Notes: generated from the letters alone by a model not told the origin. DNA of 64,000 nucleotides from Balanoglossus misakiensis (GCA_040954595.2 CM082590.2:7998001-8062000), one strand, 5' to 3'. Shown: positions 12,204-24,915, numbered from the stretch's first letter. Translations and numbers: made by a program.

Positions 12204-14103
12204 TTAATTCATTGCTTGCATGTCAAAGTGGTTTTCAGTTTTCATATCCATTTCTGCTGTCTCCCATGGGTTTTGATGGTCAGTTTTCTGATCTGTGACG
12301 TGACTGAGACGTACAGTATCCAACAAGTTTGTACATTCACTTTTGCCATCTGAAAGTTGATTGCGATGTAGCTTTTCCAACATGTTTGTACGATCGGTTT
12401 CGGAATCTGTGTTGTGACTCAGACGTACCGTTTCCAACGAGTTTTTACGATCACTTTTGCCATCTTTAGCGTGACGAAGACGTCTGTGTTTATTCCGCGC
12501 TTTCTTCAAAGTAAAACCTTTCCCACAAAGATCACAATGAAATGGAGTTTCGCCTGTGTGAGTCCGTATATGCCCGATTAGTCCTTGGTTATATTTGAAT
12601 TTCCGGTCGCAGTACGTACACGGGAAGAGGTACTCCCCTGTGTGTCGCCGGGCGTGTCTCGTCATGTCGTCAAGGGCGCGAAAGGTCATCCCGCAAGTCT
12701 CGCATTTGTGCGGGCGGTCGTCGTGGCGACGTAAGTGGGATTGCAAACTGGTCATGTGAATGAACCCTTCCCCGCAGTGCTCGCACAGGTACGATTTCTC
12801 TCCCGCGTGGATTTTCCGGTGTTTCCGTAAGATGTTCCGGGCCGCGAACGCCTTCCCGCAGACCTCGCACAGGAACGGGCGTTCGCCGGTGTGCAGCCAC
12901 TCGTGCTGCCGCAGCACGGACTTGATCGCGAACGCTTTTCCGCACGTCGGGCAGACAAACGGTCTCTCTCCAGTATGTCTCCGCACGTGGTGAATAAGCG
13001 TCAACCTCGTCGCGAACGACTTCTCGCAATACGTGCAGACGTGCGCCGATTTCGCGTCACCCGGTTTACGTCTTGGTCGCCATTCCATACTGTGCAACGG
13101 CCCTGCTTTCGTCATATGCAATTGTAACGACTGCTTTTGCGAATAAACTCTCCCGCACACTTTACACGCATGTACGATTTTATGCGATTCCAAATGTCTA
13201 TCGAAATAAATCTTGTTTGTGTACACTTTTCTGCATTTATCACATGTAAGTTTTAACCTTTCTCGACTTTTTCTTGACCTTTTCTTGACTTTTAACTTTC
13301 CATCATTTGCTTCATCGCTTGAACTATCCTCTTCATCCTCAATATCATCCTCAGCTTCTGCATCACACACCGCGTAATATACGTGTTTGGCATAGGCTAG
13401 TTTGTCCGTGAATGTTTCCCGACAACCGTCACAGGTCAAAACTTTATCCTCGTCCAAAACCACATCCTTTTGCTCAGAAACTCCCTCCTTCAATTCTTCA
13501 CATTTTGCCATCGTTTGTTCTTTTGTGGTTCGGTTGTTTGTTTCTCCTGCTGCTCTCTCCTCCAGGCATGAGTCATCACCATTGATGACATCATCACCAT
13601 CGTCGCCACCACTACCATCATTGCCCCTGCTGTCTTCATCTTGAATCTGCTCACGCTCTGCTGTGTTCTCGGCAGTTGTCATGGCAACTTCCCCATCTCT
13701 TTGCTCTGATGTAACAAATTAACAAGTAATATTAATACATAACAGGATAACTGGATATGTTTGTTTGACTTAAAAGAAATCCGATTGTTGTTTTGGCATC
13801 CGCATACTTTTTTTTCGATTCGCAAAGTGAATTTTATAATCATGAAGTCTTGCATTGTGGTACATTGTTGCTACACTTACAAAAGGGGTCAGGTATGGGT
13901 CACGTAATTCGCAGCTGTGATTGACATAACATTTCTAGGGCATTGACAGCAAGGGTCGTACACTCACCTGGACATAGACAGCAATTTTCAATTGTAAATA
14001 TACAGGTATAACAACGTGAGTGTCCGCATTCATCTTGTATTGGGCGTCTAATTTTCCTGTCGTACGCTAAGTTACAACTTGGACAAAACCGTGTATCTGC
14101 CAT
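12204..14103 (-). CDS. RING finger + acidic linker + C2H2 zinc-finger array protein, paralog 1 (~545 aa); exons 14103-13968 and 13705-12204
   Basis: Exon 1 MADTRFCPSC...CGHSRCYTC...CCLCP ends at G|GTGAGT (136 bp, phase 1). Acceptor tacatcag|AG at 13705 restores the frame into the 492-aa ORF, which has one C2HC finger and nine C2H2 fingers with TGERP-type linkers. An in-frame TGA lies just upstream of the ATG. Confidence 0.85.
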
Positions 14104-14319
14104 TTTGTTGTCTCAATGTTGAAAGCCTAAAAAGAAAAAAGACAGGTCTATTAGTACACAGGTAGAATTATCTTTAGAGTAGAGGACTTCTTTATTTCAA
14201 CCTCTAAACTCGGGCCCGGTCCGTAGCTGAACTGGCCAGTTTAAGAGCCAGAAGATGAGTACAAGTCATACTAACTTTGGAAATACAATGTAGAAATATT
14301 TATACTCTGTACTGTAATG

Positions 14320-14452
14320 TGATTGGCTATGAGCTGTCATGTGGGTTGTGTAGTATATTCTGATTGGCTATGAGCTGTCATGTGGGTTGTGTAGTATATT
14401 CTGATTGGCTATGAGCTGTCATGTGATTTGGAGACGTCGTTCTGATTGGCCA
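14320..14452. repeat. 41-bp tandem repeat, each unit with ATTGG (CCAAT box)
   Basis: tgattggctatgagctgtcatgtg at 14320, 14361 and 14402, plus a partial fourth copy; lies in the predicted 5'UTR intron of ZF paralog 1. Confidence 0.8.
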
Positions 14453-15376
14453 ACATTGAGAAACTGATACTATCTCCACAGCTTGGGTCAGGTATTATAA
14501 CAGCTTGGGTTATGAACAATAAAAGGTGTTGAGGAATAAACTACATGTACATATTACTAACTAGAGCGTCATGCATGCAAGCTGCGACCCCTCCCAGTTA
14601 ATGGTATGGCCCCTTAATGTAAACAAGATGCCCAGTTAATGGTATGGCCCCTTAATGTAAACAATATGGCAGACTAGCTAGGCCAGTGACATTTGGAGGG
14701 ACTTGATTATCATTTCTTAGATTTATCTGCAGTAGTTAGATATCGACATCATTATTTGTTTGTTTCTAGGCGATGACGGTCACATGATTGTAGCAATGCC
14801 TGTCGCTTGCGGGCGTTATCATGATTCACCGGAGTGACCGGAAGTAGAGAGCGGGGGGGGGGGGCCTGGGCGGAGAGGAGGGGGAGGGTTATGAGAAGAA
14901 AACAAGGGAATTCACATAAAAATTCAATAAAGACATAATATTTGGACACTTTGACGTTGTACGTTACCTGAAATCAATGGCAGATAGCAGTTCGCAGTCC
15001 ACAAATATCAGTCTTTAGAGTTCTACATAGAGATGTACCATGCCAGCTGGCTGACCTCTGTATCCACAAGTATCTGGCTAGGTCACCTGTAGAGGGCGTT
15101 AAGGGCGGGACCATTTACATTGGGGGAGGGTAGCCATAGGAACGAGGGGCTCACAGCTTCTCCCTCAAACTGGTTTTAATACTCCACAGATTTTTTGTTT
15201 GTTTCGAAATACTTGTCAGAATCAATCTGTTTTATATTTTTCTGCTACCGGTTCTTACTGTCCAAATTAAATAAGGGGAGAACCATTTGATTTCAGGGGG
15301 GATGGATGGACGATTCAGGGTGGGAATGTTGGTAGACAGGAGAGGAACGATTCACAAAGAAGGAGAGGGGGGGGGG

Positions 15377-15505
15377 CTGGTTGTGTAAGGGTGTTAGTCA
15401 CCCCATTGCCCTGGTTGTGCAAGGGTGTTAGTCACCCCATTCCCCTGGTTAGGTAACGGTTTTAGTCACCCCATTCCCTTGGTGGAGTTTACGGTATTAG
15501 TCACC
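15377..15505. repeat. ~31-bp tandem repeat x4
   Basis: ggtgttagtcaccccatt.ccctgg units. Confidence 0.75.
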
Positions 15506-15979
15506 TAATTAGACATTTGAAAGATAATTTTAAAAGCACAATTTTATTTCACTTTTTATCTATAACACATAGTACAAGTGACAAAACTATTAAAAGTCAG
15601 TTTAAGAGTGTATGCATTTAATTTTTTTCTTTCTTAAAGAAACATGGCTCATGTGACATAGACTGAAACAGTTGAAAAACCGAAATTTTTAAGACAGTTC
15701 AAAAGCTTGAACATCATATAAATTTTCTTCAATAGTACACGATATATTGACTTGTTATCTGAAGTTCAGGCAGACCCAATCTGATCCCTACATGTGATTT
15801 TAATCAGATTGAGGCAGACCATGCCACCATACAGCCAAAAATTAAGTTACTATGGTTTTAGTAAGATATTTGCTTTCACATACAAACACTTTGACACAGC
15901 TGTACTTAACTTCTATTGCCACAGTTTAGTAAATTTTATGCAGATGTCTGTTGGATAAAGAACTACCCTATCAAAAGCA

Positions 15980-17659
15980 TCACAAGTTTGTCCATGTACT
16001 GCTTTGAGGCAGTTTGTAGTCATTCCCGTTGTTTCTGGTATGAATAAGCTTGTGCCTCATCATTGACTTCTTTGTTGTGAATCGACTGCCACAGTCGTCG
16101 CACGGGAACGGTCTCTCCCCGGTGTGCGTTCGCACGTGTCCGTGCAGCGACCGCTTCTCCTTGAATCTCCGGTGGCAGTGCGGGCACGGGAAGCGGAAGT
16201 CGCCCGCCTTGTGTCGCCGGACGTGCCGGCTCAGCATCTCCGGGAGCCGGAACTCCTTCCCGCAGTCCCCGCACTTGTGGGATGTCGTCTCGTGCTTCAT
16301 CAGGTGGTTCCGGAAACTCTTCTTCTGGATGAAGCCCTGGCCGCAGTATTCGCACAGGAAGGCGCTCTCGCGAGTGTGTACGCGTCGGTGCGTACGGAGA
16401 GCGTATATGGTCCGGAACGATTTCCCGCACGTGTCGCACGGAAAAGGTTTCTCGCCCGTGTGCACTCGGACATGCACAATATACTTAGACATCTTCTGAA
16501 ACGGTTTCTTGCAGTACGGGCACACGTGAGGTCCCCTGACCCCCGCTATTCTGCGCCCCCCAGTCCGAGTACTCCCCTCCGTCCCCTCATTGTGCAAGGG
16601 GCCTCGAATCTTCATGTGTCTTAACAACCCTTTCCTCCACCTATACACCCTCCCGCACAGCTCACACACGTGCTGTTTCCGTGGCAACCGATGCGCTTCG
16701 ACGTGCTTGTCGAAAAACTTCTTATCCGTGTACACCTTCCCGCATTCCTCGCACTTGTATTTTCCCGGAAGGCCGTGACATTCTCCCAGCAACTTCATGT
16801 GTCTTCGTAACCAATGGCCGGACTTGAACAGTTTCCCACATTCTTTGCATTTGTATAATTTGACATGTTTTCCGTCTTCCGTTCCTTGGCAGTGCGATTC
16901 ATCGTCTGATTCACCATCATCATCACCACCATTATCATCATCATCATCATCATCATCACCATCATCTGCATCACACACTGCATAATACATGTGTTTAGCA
17001 TACTTGAGTTTGTCAGCGAAAATTTCCCCACAACCATCACAGGTCAAATCCTCTTTATCCAACGCCACATCCTTCTCCTCAGAAACTCCCTCCTTCAAAT
17101 CTTCTTCGTTTTTGACCAACGTTTGTTCTTTTGTGCTTTGGTTGTTTGTTTCTCCTACTGCTCTCTCCTCCAGGCATGGGTCATCACCATTGATGACATC
17201 ATCACCATCATCGGCATCACCGCTACCACCATCATCATCACTATCATCATTATCACTGCAGTCTTCATCTTGAATCTGCTCACTCTCTGCTGTATTTTCA
17301 CCGGTCCCTACGGCAACTGTCTCATCACTTTGCTCCGTTTCTGTGGCAACCGTTTCATCCAGTGTATCTGATGAGAGTTGGCAGAAAAAAAACTTCAAAC
17401 TTAATTGTGTATAACTCTCAACTGTTGATGCAGGGATCATAATGTAACATACTGGAAAGTTCGTAAATTTACATATATTGAATTTGCATATATTGTATTT
17501 GCATATTTACGTACACTCACCTGAACAGAGAGGGCACTCTTCCATAGTGAATATACAGATGTAACAGCGAGTGTGTCCACATGCATCTTTTATGGGGCGT
17601 CTTTTAGTTAGCTTGTCGTACACCATGTGACAGGTGGGACATCTTTGCGAATCTTCCAT
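15980..17659 (-). CDS. RING finger + acidic linker + C2H2 zinc-finger array protein, paralog 2 (~508 aa); exons 17659-17521 and 17367-15980
   Basis: Exon 1 MEDSQRCPTC...CGHTRCYIC...CPLCS ends at G|GTGAGT (139 bp, phase 1). Acceptor ctcatcag|AT at 17367 is in frame with the 486-aa ORF, which has one C2HC finger and nine C2H2 fingers. Architecture matches paralog 1. Confidence 0.85.
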
Positions 17660-18648
17660 GGTGATTTGTCTGCATTGAAAGAAGGAGGGGTTTAGTAAGT
17701 CTCGTTCCACGGAGGGTGGGAGAGGGGGAGGGGGGAGCAAATCTCTTAAGTTTCCAGTTTCCACCTAGCAGACAAATTAATCATCATCTACCCAATCTCT
17801 GGAAACCATAGACTGGCAATCCAGGCAGACATGCGTTTAGAGGAATACTGGTCGTAAGAATTACCCCCCCCCCCCTCCTTCCCCGCTGGCCAATCATGAC
17901 ATCATAGCTGTTCCGTCAGGGGGGGGGGGGTATGCTAACTGTCTGTGGGGAATTAGTATATCCCCCCCCCGGAGGAACAGCTCCATTTCCACAGCTAATG
18001 ACATCAATGCCAAAGTTACATAATAGCTTGAGTGAGGTTTTAAAACTACACTACACATTCCACATGTACATATGCAAACATGCAAGACCGGTATTAAACG
18101 CAAACAAGCATTCAGGTCGAAAGAATCACAAGGAATCAGCTAGACCCTTGGGAACGACAATCAACACAATATAGGTTACCTCCTTGTTTCCGAATAAGGA
18201 AATCGCAGAGGGCGTTACCTGCAGGCAGTCACTGCACACAGATGATCAGAACAATGCGTCCGGAAGTGAAAAAATCAAAACACCCAGATTTTGAGCAGGC
18301 TGCTTTTGAAGGTTAAGTGGGTCGCCGATAGAGGGCGTTATTCAAGGGCGATGTCAATGCACTTTGTGTGTGTGTGCCTCTCGCTCTCAAGAGATCTGTA
18401 ATGTGTTGCTTCTAATGGGAAAAGATATTGATGTCGATATGATAACGAAATGGTGTTGTCAAAAAGCCCCCAACACATTTCAATATAGAAAGAAATTGAG
18501 CGGTTTAAAGGATATTCATTTTCTGAATTAAACTTGTATTAACACTATGGCCCGTCTTTTCATCTGAAAATAATTGAAAATTTTGTCGCAAGTGTTTATA
18601 GTTTGCATTTTGTTCAATTAAAATGTCGCACACCTTAATGCAATCTGA

Positions 18649-18718
18649 TTAAAATCAGATGTAGGGAACGGCGACTTGTTTTTTTTATGCTGTCGCCGTT
18701 CCCTACATCTGATTTTAA
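18649..18718. repeat. Perfect 27-bp hairpin/palindrome
   Basis: ttaaaatcagatgtagggaacggcgac, 16-nt loop, gtcgccgttccctacatctgattttaa. Confidence 0.9.
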
Positions 18719-19115
18719 GCTGATTGATTTTAATGTTACTCACTAGGTAACATGAGTTGATGTGTTTATCTCCTGCTGTTAATCAGATTGATATAATACA
18801 AAATTAATGTATTGTGTGATCACGCTTGAGGAAATACTCCTAGTACACAGTATCTTCGAATTCGCAGCTGTCGTCATAAATATAATTACTGCATATGTAT
18901 GATTTGAATATGTTTGATGCAAATTCTGAAAATGAAATTGAGAAGTGGTGATGACGTGGATCAGTTTTAAAACAGACCTCTGTGGATCAAAAGACGGTAA
19001 GGAATCAACTGTCTCAACATGACGTAGAATATTTATTTGTTTTATTTGTGTGGGCTTTATGTTTTACCCGACTTTCACAAATTTAAGAAGTTATGATGTT
19101 GGTATGTAAGACTGT

Positions 19116-19232
19116 CTGAGAGAGGGGGATAGAGAGGGAGAGAGAGACATACAGGGGGAGGGAGGGATGGAGAGAGAGAGAGTGTCAGAGAGAGAGAGAG
19201 AGGGACAGAGAGAGAAAGAGAGAGATATCTGA

Positions 19233-19263
<31 letters not shown>

Positions 19264-19450
19264 GGGGGAGAAAGGAAGACTAAGAGAGGAGGGAGACTGA
19301 GAGAGACAGACAGAAGATGAAGAGAAAGTAGAGAGAGAGGGGGGGGCTAGTTCGAAAGAAACAGAGAGGGGTAACAGGGAGCTAGATGGAGAGAGAGATC
19401 TAGAGAAAGACACTAGGCTAAGACAGATAGACAGACCGACAGAGACACTA
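19116..19450. repeat. (AG)n-rich low-complexity tract
   Basis: Imperfect GA dinucleotide runs. Confidence 0.85.
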
Positions 19451-19667
19451 GCTGTCCGACGGGTGGACAAAGAAAGGGGCACACACAGAGATTAGTAATT
19501 ACAGCGTGAAATGGTGGCATAGTGAGAGACAGAGGGATGAAACAGGGCGAGGGAGAGATAGAGGGAATTCTCATCGTTACATTAAATGTATGCCACACCA
19601 TGATAGTCTAACATATTGACAGCTCAATATCTTCGTTTATATTCACAGTTTGTACAGAGGACTTAAA

Positions 19668-19853
19668 ATGACATGCTTAGCGTGGGCCAAAAGAGGTAAG
19701 AAGTTTCCGTGAATTTAAATTTTATGTGATGAAGAATAGTAGCTGAACAAACAAACAAATAAATGAATGAATCTACCTATAGGTACAACTACCTGTACCG
19801 AAGTATAATCGACTTCTATGTACATTGTATGTCTGTATGTATGTATGTATGTA

Positions 19854-19884
<31 letters not shown>

Positions 19885-19953
19885 ATGTATGTATGTATGT
19901 ATGTATGTATGTATGTATGTATGTATGTATGTATGTATGTATGTATGTATGTA

Positions 19954-19984
<31 letters not shown>

Positions 19985-21370
19985 ATGTATGTATGTATGT
20001 ATGTATGTATGTATGTCTACCCCACGCCATAAATATTAAATGCTTATCTTTCGTACTTTACAGTGTTCCCATGGCGACAAATTATGCGCCTCTTGGTATC
20101 AGTGAGTGCTGTAGTCGTCATAGTTATTATGATTCTGTACGGCCAAGAAGTTATCAGTACTGTGAATGGGAAAAACAGGGGCTTGAAACCCACAATGGAT
20201 ACTCGCGTTTCTCCTCACAAATTCACGCCATCCGTGGAAACCATGGCAACCGTTGACAGCTTCCAGCAACCAAAGGACGAGACCTCAACCTCTGTGGAAA
20301 CCATGGCAACCGTTGACAGCTTCAAGCACCCAAAGGATGAGACCTCAACATTCGTGGAAACCACGGCAACCGTTGACAGCTTTGAGCAGCCAAAAGACGA
20401 GACTTCAACATTGAGAGATGGCGTACGTACCAACAGTAACCGTGACAACAACACCCGCGTGCACGCACTGGTCGTTGGGCGCATGTCGTCAGGGACAACG
20501 GCCATGGCCAAGTTACTAACTGACCACGCCGACTTTTTCTACGCCTACGAACCAGGTCACATGATACTGAAAATTATACGCGAGGTCAAGAAAAGTGTTT
20601 ACATTGACACTGCGGACAACTTACAGGATATCCAACCTGACCTTTGCAAGTTTCTCGGGGCCTTGTTCAACTGTGAGTTCAAAGAAGACGACATTTTTCT
20701 CCAAGCACTTAACACATGCAAGCTTTATAAAAAGGGTAGTTTGCAGGAGTTAAGTTATCCACTCTCTTCGAACAAACTAACATCGTTCTGTCAATCAAAG
20801 CACTATATTTTGTCCAAGTTACTTCGGTTAAACGACTTCAAGTCCTGTTTGTCTACTTTAAACGAAAGAAATGTAAAGGTGATCTTTCTGGTGAGGGATC
20901 CCAGGGGTTTAATCAGCTCGAGACTTCGTCGCTGGGAAAGTATTTTGAACAGATATAATTATTCGACTGAAAGCATAGTGAAAGAGCACTGTGCATGGTT
21001 AGATATGCTTTGGGATTTACTGGAGAGTGATTCTGGGTTTCTGAAGAAGAATTCGATGCTGGTTCGTTTCGAAGACCGATGTTTATACCCTGACATAGTC
21101 GATACAGCTGTTCTTGATTTTGTCGGTTTACCGTTGCCAAGCGCGGGTTTTCGTTCAAAATCGCACACAGAATCAGCGGCAAGTTGGTTAAACGCTCTTA
21201 ATTACGACAAAATGAAAGAAATACAAGATTACTGTCCTGGTCGTGTGTACGAAAATTATGGATGGGTACAGTTCAACAACAAGACAGAATATGAGAAACT
21301 GAAAACAACATGGTATAAACCAATGCCACAAAAAGAAGTTATATTGAAATATACAATACCACACAAATAA
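19668..21370 (+). CDS. Carbohydrate sulfotransferase-like ST1 (CHST1/3/4/5 family, ~444 aa); exons 19668-19695 and 20064-21370
   Basis: Micro-exon MTCLAWAKR+G|gtaag joins in phase 1 to tttacag|TG. Type II TM anchor, Ser/Thr stem, and motifs [28 protein letters not shown]. Confidence 0.85.
19826..20015. repeat. (TATG)n/(TG)n microsatellite in the ST1 intron
   Basis: Direct reading. Confidence 0.95.
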
Positions 21371-22378
21371 TTATGATATTCAGTCAATAACTTTTGCAAA
21401 CTCATTAATTTTAGCGACTTGATTTTACTTGTTCTAATTTTTCATTCAAAAATTGATTTAATTGGCACTATATAAATTATGCATGTGATTGGTTGCTTGG
21501 TTGATTGATTGAATATTAATTAAGGTGTATTGAGTATGGGAGGTATGTAAATTAGAGTTGACCATGTACCTTTAACGCGATTGTGTCTGTTTGGGATGAA
21601 GGCAGTTGATTGAAAATGATAAAGAATAAATGGATTTTGTTTGCAACAGGTGTGAGTTGTCAGCTATTATTCACATCACACATATCCAATCATAAGCCCT
21701 CTAAGCATTGTCCACTTAGGCCACGGTAAATACATTCTTTGTTTTGCGACCACTCAAAATTCTATTTTATGTTACCACATGTGTGCACAAAGAAGTACTG
21801 TAAAACGGGTTATTTTTGCGACAGGAAATTTTCGCAATATCAAAAGAGGCAACTGTTATGCGAGGAGTAATTTTCGCATTGTCATATTTCCTAACTACAT
21901 CGTTATCTCCGAAAATCATTTTACGCGAAAACTTCTGAAAATATATGCGAGCATGGACACAAAACAATGATAGTGGGACTGTGCGACCCAGGAAATCACG
22001 AACATCAATCAGAGATCAAAGTCTGTAACAGTTGTTGGGAGCATATGGTAATTGGGCAGAACAGCCTTTTGTTAATGTACGGTACATGACTGCATCAATG
22101 TGTATCTCCCAACTTAGTTGTGGAGATCGGGCATAGCAGGTAAGTTGCAAAAAGTGGTGAACCGTGGTCTAAACATAACCCAACCTCTTTTACGGCAAAA
22201 TCCATTATAAAACATCTTAAAGAGTCATACTTATGCACAGCTAACCCCATTCCCCCAGTAAAGTCATAAGCTCTACAGCTATATCAGGAATTCAACTGTG
22301 ATACAACTAAACCTGAACACATAAAACCCAATATTCTTTACTTTCCAGTGTCACTCGCGCAGCAATCCAGAGTCAAAG

Positions 22379-24081
22379 ATGAACTTCAAACAGGGTAAGT
22401 AGATATATAAAAAGTATATTAAAAGCATTGCAAACATGAAACATAAGATACGTGTCAATTTTATCATTCCTTCTTCCTTTCTTTCATGTTTCCATTATCC
22501 TCACCACAATTACCTGCCTGCCTGCCTGTATGTATGTATGTATGTATGTATGTATGTGTGTGTGTGTGTGTTTATGTATGTATGTATGTATGTATGTATG
22601 TATGTATGGATGGATGGATGTATGTATGTATGTATGGATGGATGGATGGATGGATGGATGGATGGATGGATGTATGTATGGATGGATGGATGGATGGATG
22701 GATGTATGTATGTATGGATGGATGTATGTATGTATCTATGTATCTATGTATGTATCTATGTATGTATGTTCGTCCATCCATCTATCCGAAGAACCCTTCA
22801 TGCAATATTTCAGATTACATGACACAATGAGAGAATAAAGAGACCTTATTATTTGCTCATTAACTTTCAGTGTGGCTAAGAAAACGTTTCACTCTCCTCG
22901 TCATGGTTGCCATAGCTGCCTTCGTTCACTTCGCCTCAAATGCGTTCAATCAGCCCAAAGAGAAAATTCATGGCCGGTACAATTACATGGCGAGTGAACG
23001 ACATCCTGTGTCAACAGAATTGGGAATTAGCTCAGTGAAACGCATGAACAACATCAAAGAGATATCTACTGGGACATTTGAAAAACTTCACCACTCGTCC
23101 ATTGCGCCCTCTACGACCACGACTGACCTATCCCAGAATGCAAGTGGTACGGTCAATGTACTTGTCATCGGACGAATGTCGTCTGGAACGACTGCCACAG
23201 AAAATTTAATCGCTGATAACAATGACGTATTTCCGGTGCACGAACCTGGGTACATGTTGGTCGGAACCCTGCGAGATAAAAACATCCACATCGACAGCGA
23301 AATATATTTGCAGCAAATTCAAACCAGGCTCTGCGAGTTTCTTGGAGATCTGTACAATTGCGAGTTCTTGGGACACGACTTTTTCCCAAAGGCTTTAAAC
23401 GACCACCAGTTTGTCAGACATGGTAGTTTAAATCATTTAGATTACCCAGTCTCTCTTAGGCAGGTGTCACATTTCTGCAAATCAAAGCGGTACATTTTAT
23501 CCAAAGTTGTTCGATTCAACGATGTTGAGTCTTGTCTGCCCACTTTGGAAAAAGCGGAAGTGAAAATGATATTTTTGGTCAGAGATCCGAGAGCAATGAT
23601 TACGTCTAGACTTCGGCGATGGGAAGAAGTTCTCACAAGTATGAATAACTCAAGTAACAAATATTATTATTCGATTGAGAACGTTGTCAAGGAACACTGC
23701 GTCTGGCTAGAAATGGTTTGGGATTTGATGAAGACGGACTCTGATTATGTGAGAGCGAATTCAATGCTTATTCGACATGAAGACATGTGTTTGTTCCCTG
23801 ACACAGTGAACCGTGCCACTTATGATTTCGTGGGGCTATCTTCTCATGATGTCCGTGCATCGAACGCGAAATCGCACAACGAATCGGCAGCAAGTTGGTT
23901 GAACGCTCTTAATTACGACAAAATGAAACAAATACAAGATTACTGTCCCGGTCGTGTGTACGAAAATTATGGATGGGTACAGTTCAACAACAAGACAGAA
24001 TATGAGAAACTGATATCAACTTGGTTCCGACCAATGCCACAAAAGGAAATCCAATTAAAATATATAATACCATACGAATAA
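22379..24081 (+). CDS. Carbohydrate sulfotransferase-like ST2 (~408 aa); exons 22379-22394 and 22871-24081
   Basis: ATG AAC TTC AAA CAG G|gtaagt joins to tttcag|TG TGG. TM anchor; motifs [22 protein letters not shown]. Confidence 0.85.
22512..22780. repeat. (TATG)n/(GGAT)n compound microsatellite in the ST2 intron
   Basis: Direct reading. Confidence 0.95.
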
Positions 24082-24915
24082 TAATTTCCTTCAAGGAGAT
24101 TGGTGGCAACAGCTTGGAGGTCATACAACTTTTAACAGTATTTTATTGTTTCATTATAGTGTATGTTACTGCAATAACCAAGGATTAACACCATAAATTA
24201 TACCAATTTCAGAATGATATGAAGCAAATATAGCACATATCATGTCTCCATGGAAACAAATTGCGAAATAGAGATATTAATTTAACCACTGCAGTTGCCA
24301 CGGAAAGTTAAGTCTAGCAATCACAGGTTTTCAGTTGGTGGACAAGGAGAAATGGTATGTCCTTATATGGTCATTTGAAGACTATATTTGGGCATAGAGG
24401 TGACCATATTCCTTTTACATTTACGTTTTTTGTGGATTTTTCACCAGCAATTAATTATCAGAATTGACTGCATGAATATTAATTAATTAATTAATTAATT
24501 AGGGAGGAATCGTCTTAAGCGTTCTCTATGTCTATGTTTGCGCAGTGCATGGATGTGAAACCTAACTACATTGATGATAACTGTCCAAACTCCAGATGGT
24601 GCAAGTATTTCATTTGGATTATCTTCAACCGATGAATTTTTGTCTGGCTCTTGATTGATTGTTTTGTGAGTATTTTCTTCCGAATCTGGAATTATTTACG
24701 GCTGCGGCCATTCATGTAATTAATCATACGCTGAACATTCTGATGGGAAATTGTCGTTTGTATTCGCTCCGGAATCATTATTTGTTTTCCATTGTCATCC
24801 GAGGTTTTCTAGTTCTATGGGGGATTTGTATTACAGAACACAGGTGTACATTGTAGGCAGGGGTATATTAAAAGATCTGAATAAATAAAAAGGATGGTCC
24901 CATTTAAAATTGCCT

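Noticed and set aside
12670-16778. Overlapping and antisense ORFs within the ZF exons
   Set aside because: Shadow frames of GC-rich C2H2 coding sequence.
17368-17440. N-terminus of the 486-aa ORF (MIPAST...)
   Set aside because: Intronic; the polypyrimidine tract and AG acceptor at 17368 show the real N-terminus comes from the RING exon.
19763-22838. MYVC/HTYI/WMDG repeat ORFs
   Set aside because: Microsatellite translations inside introns.
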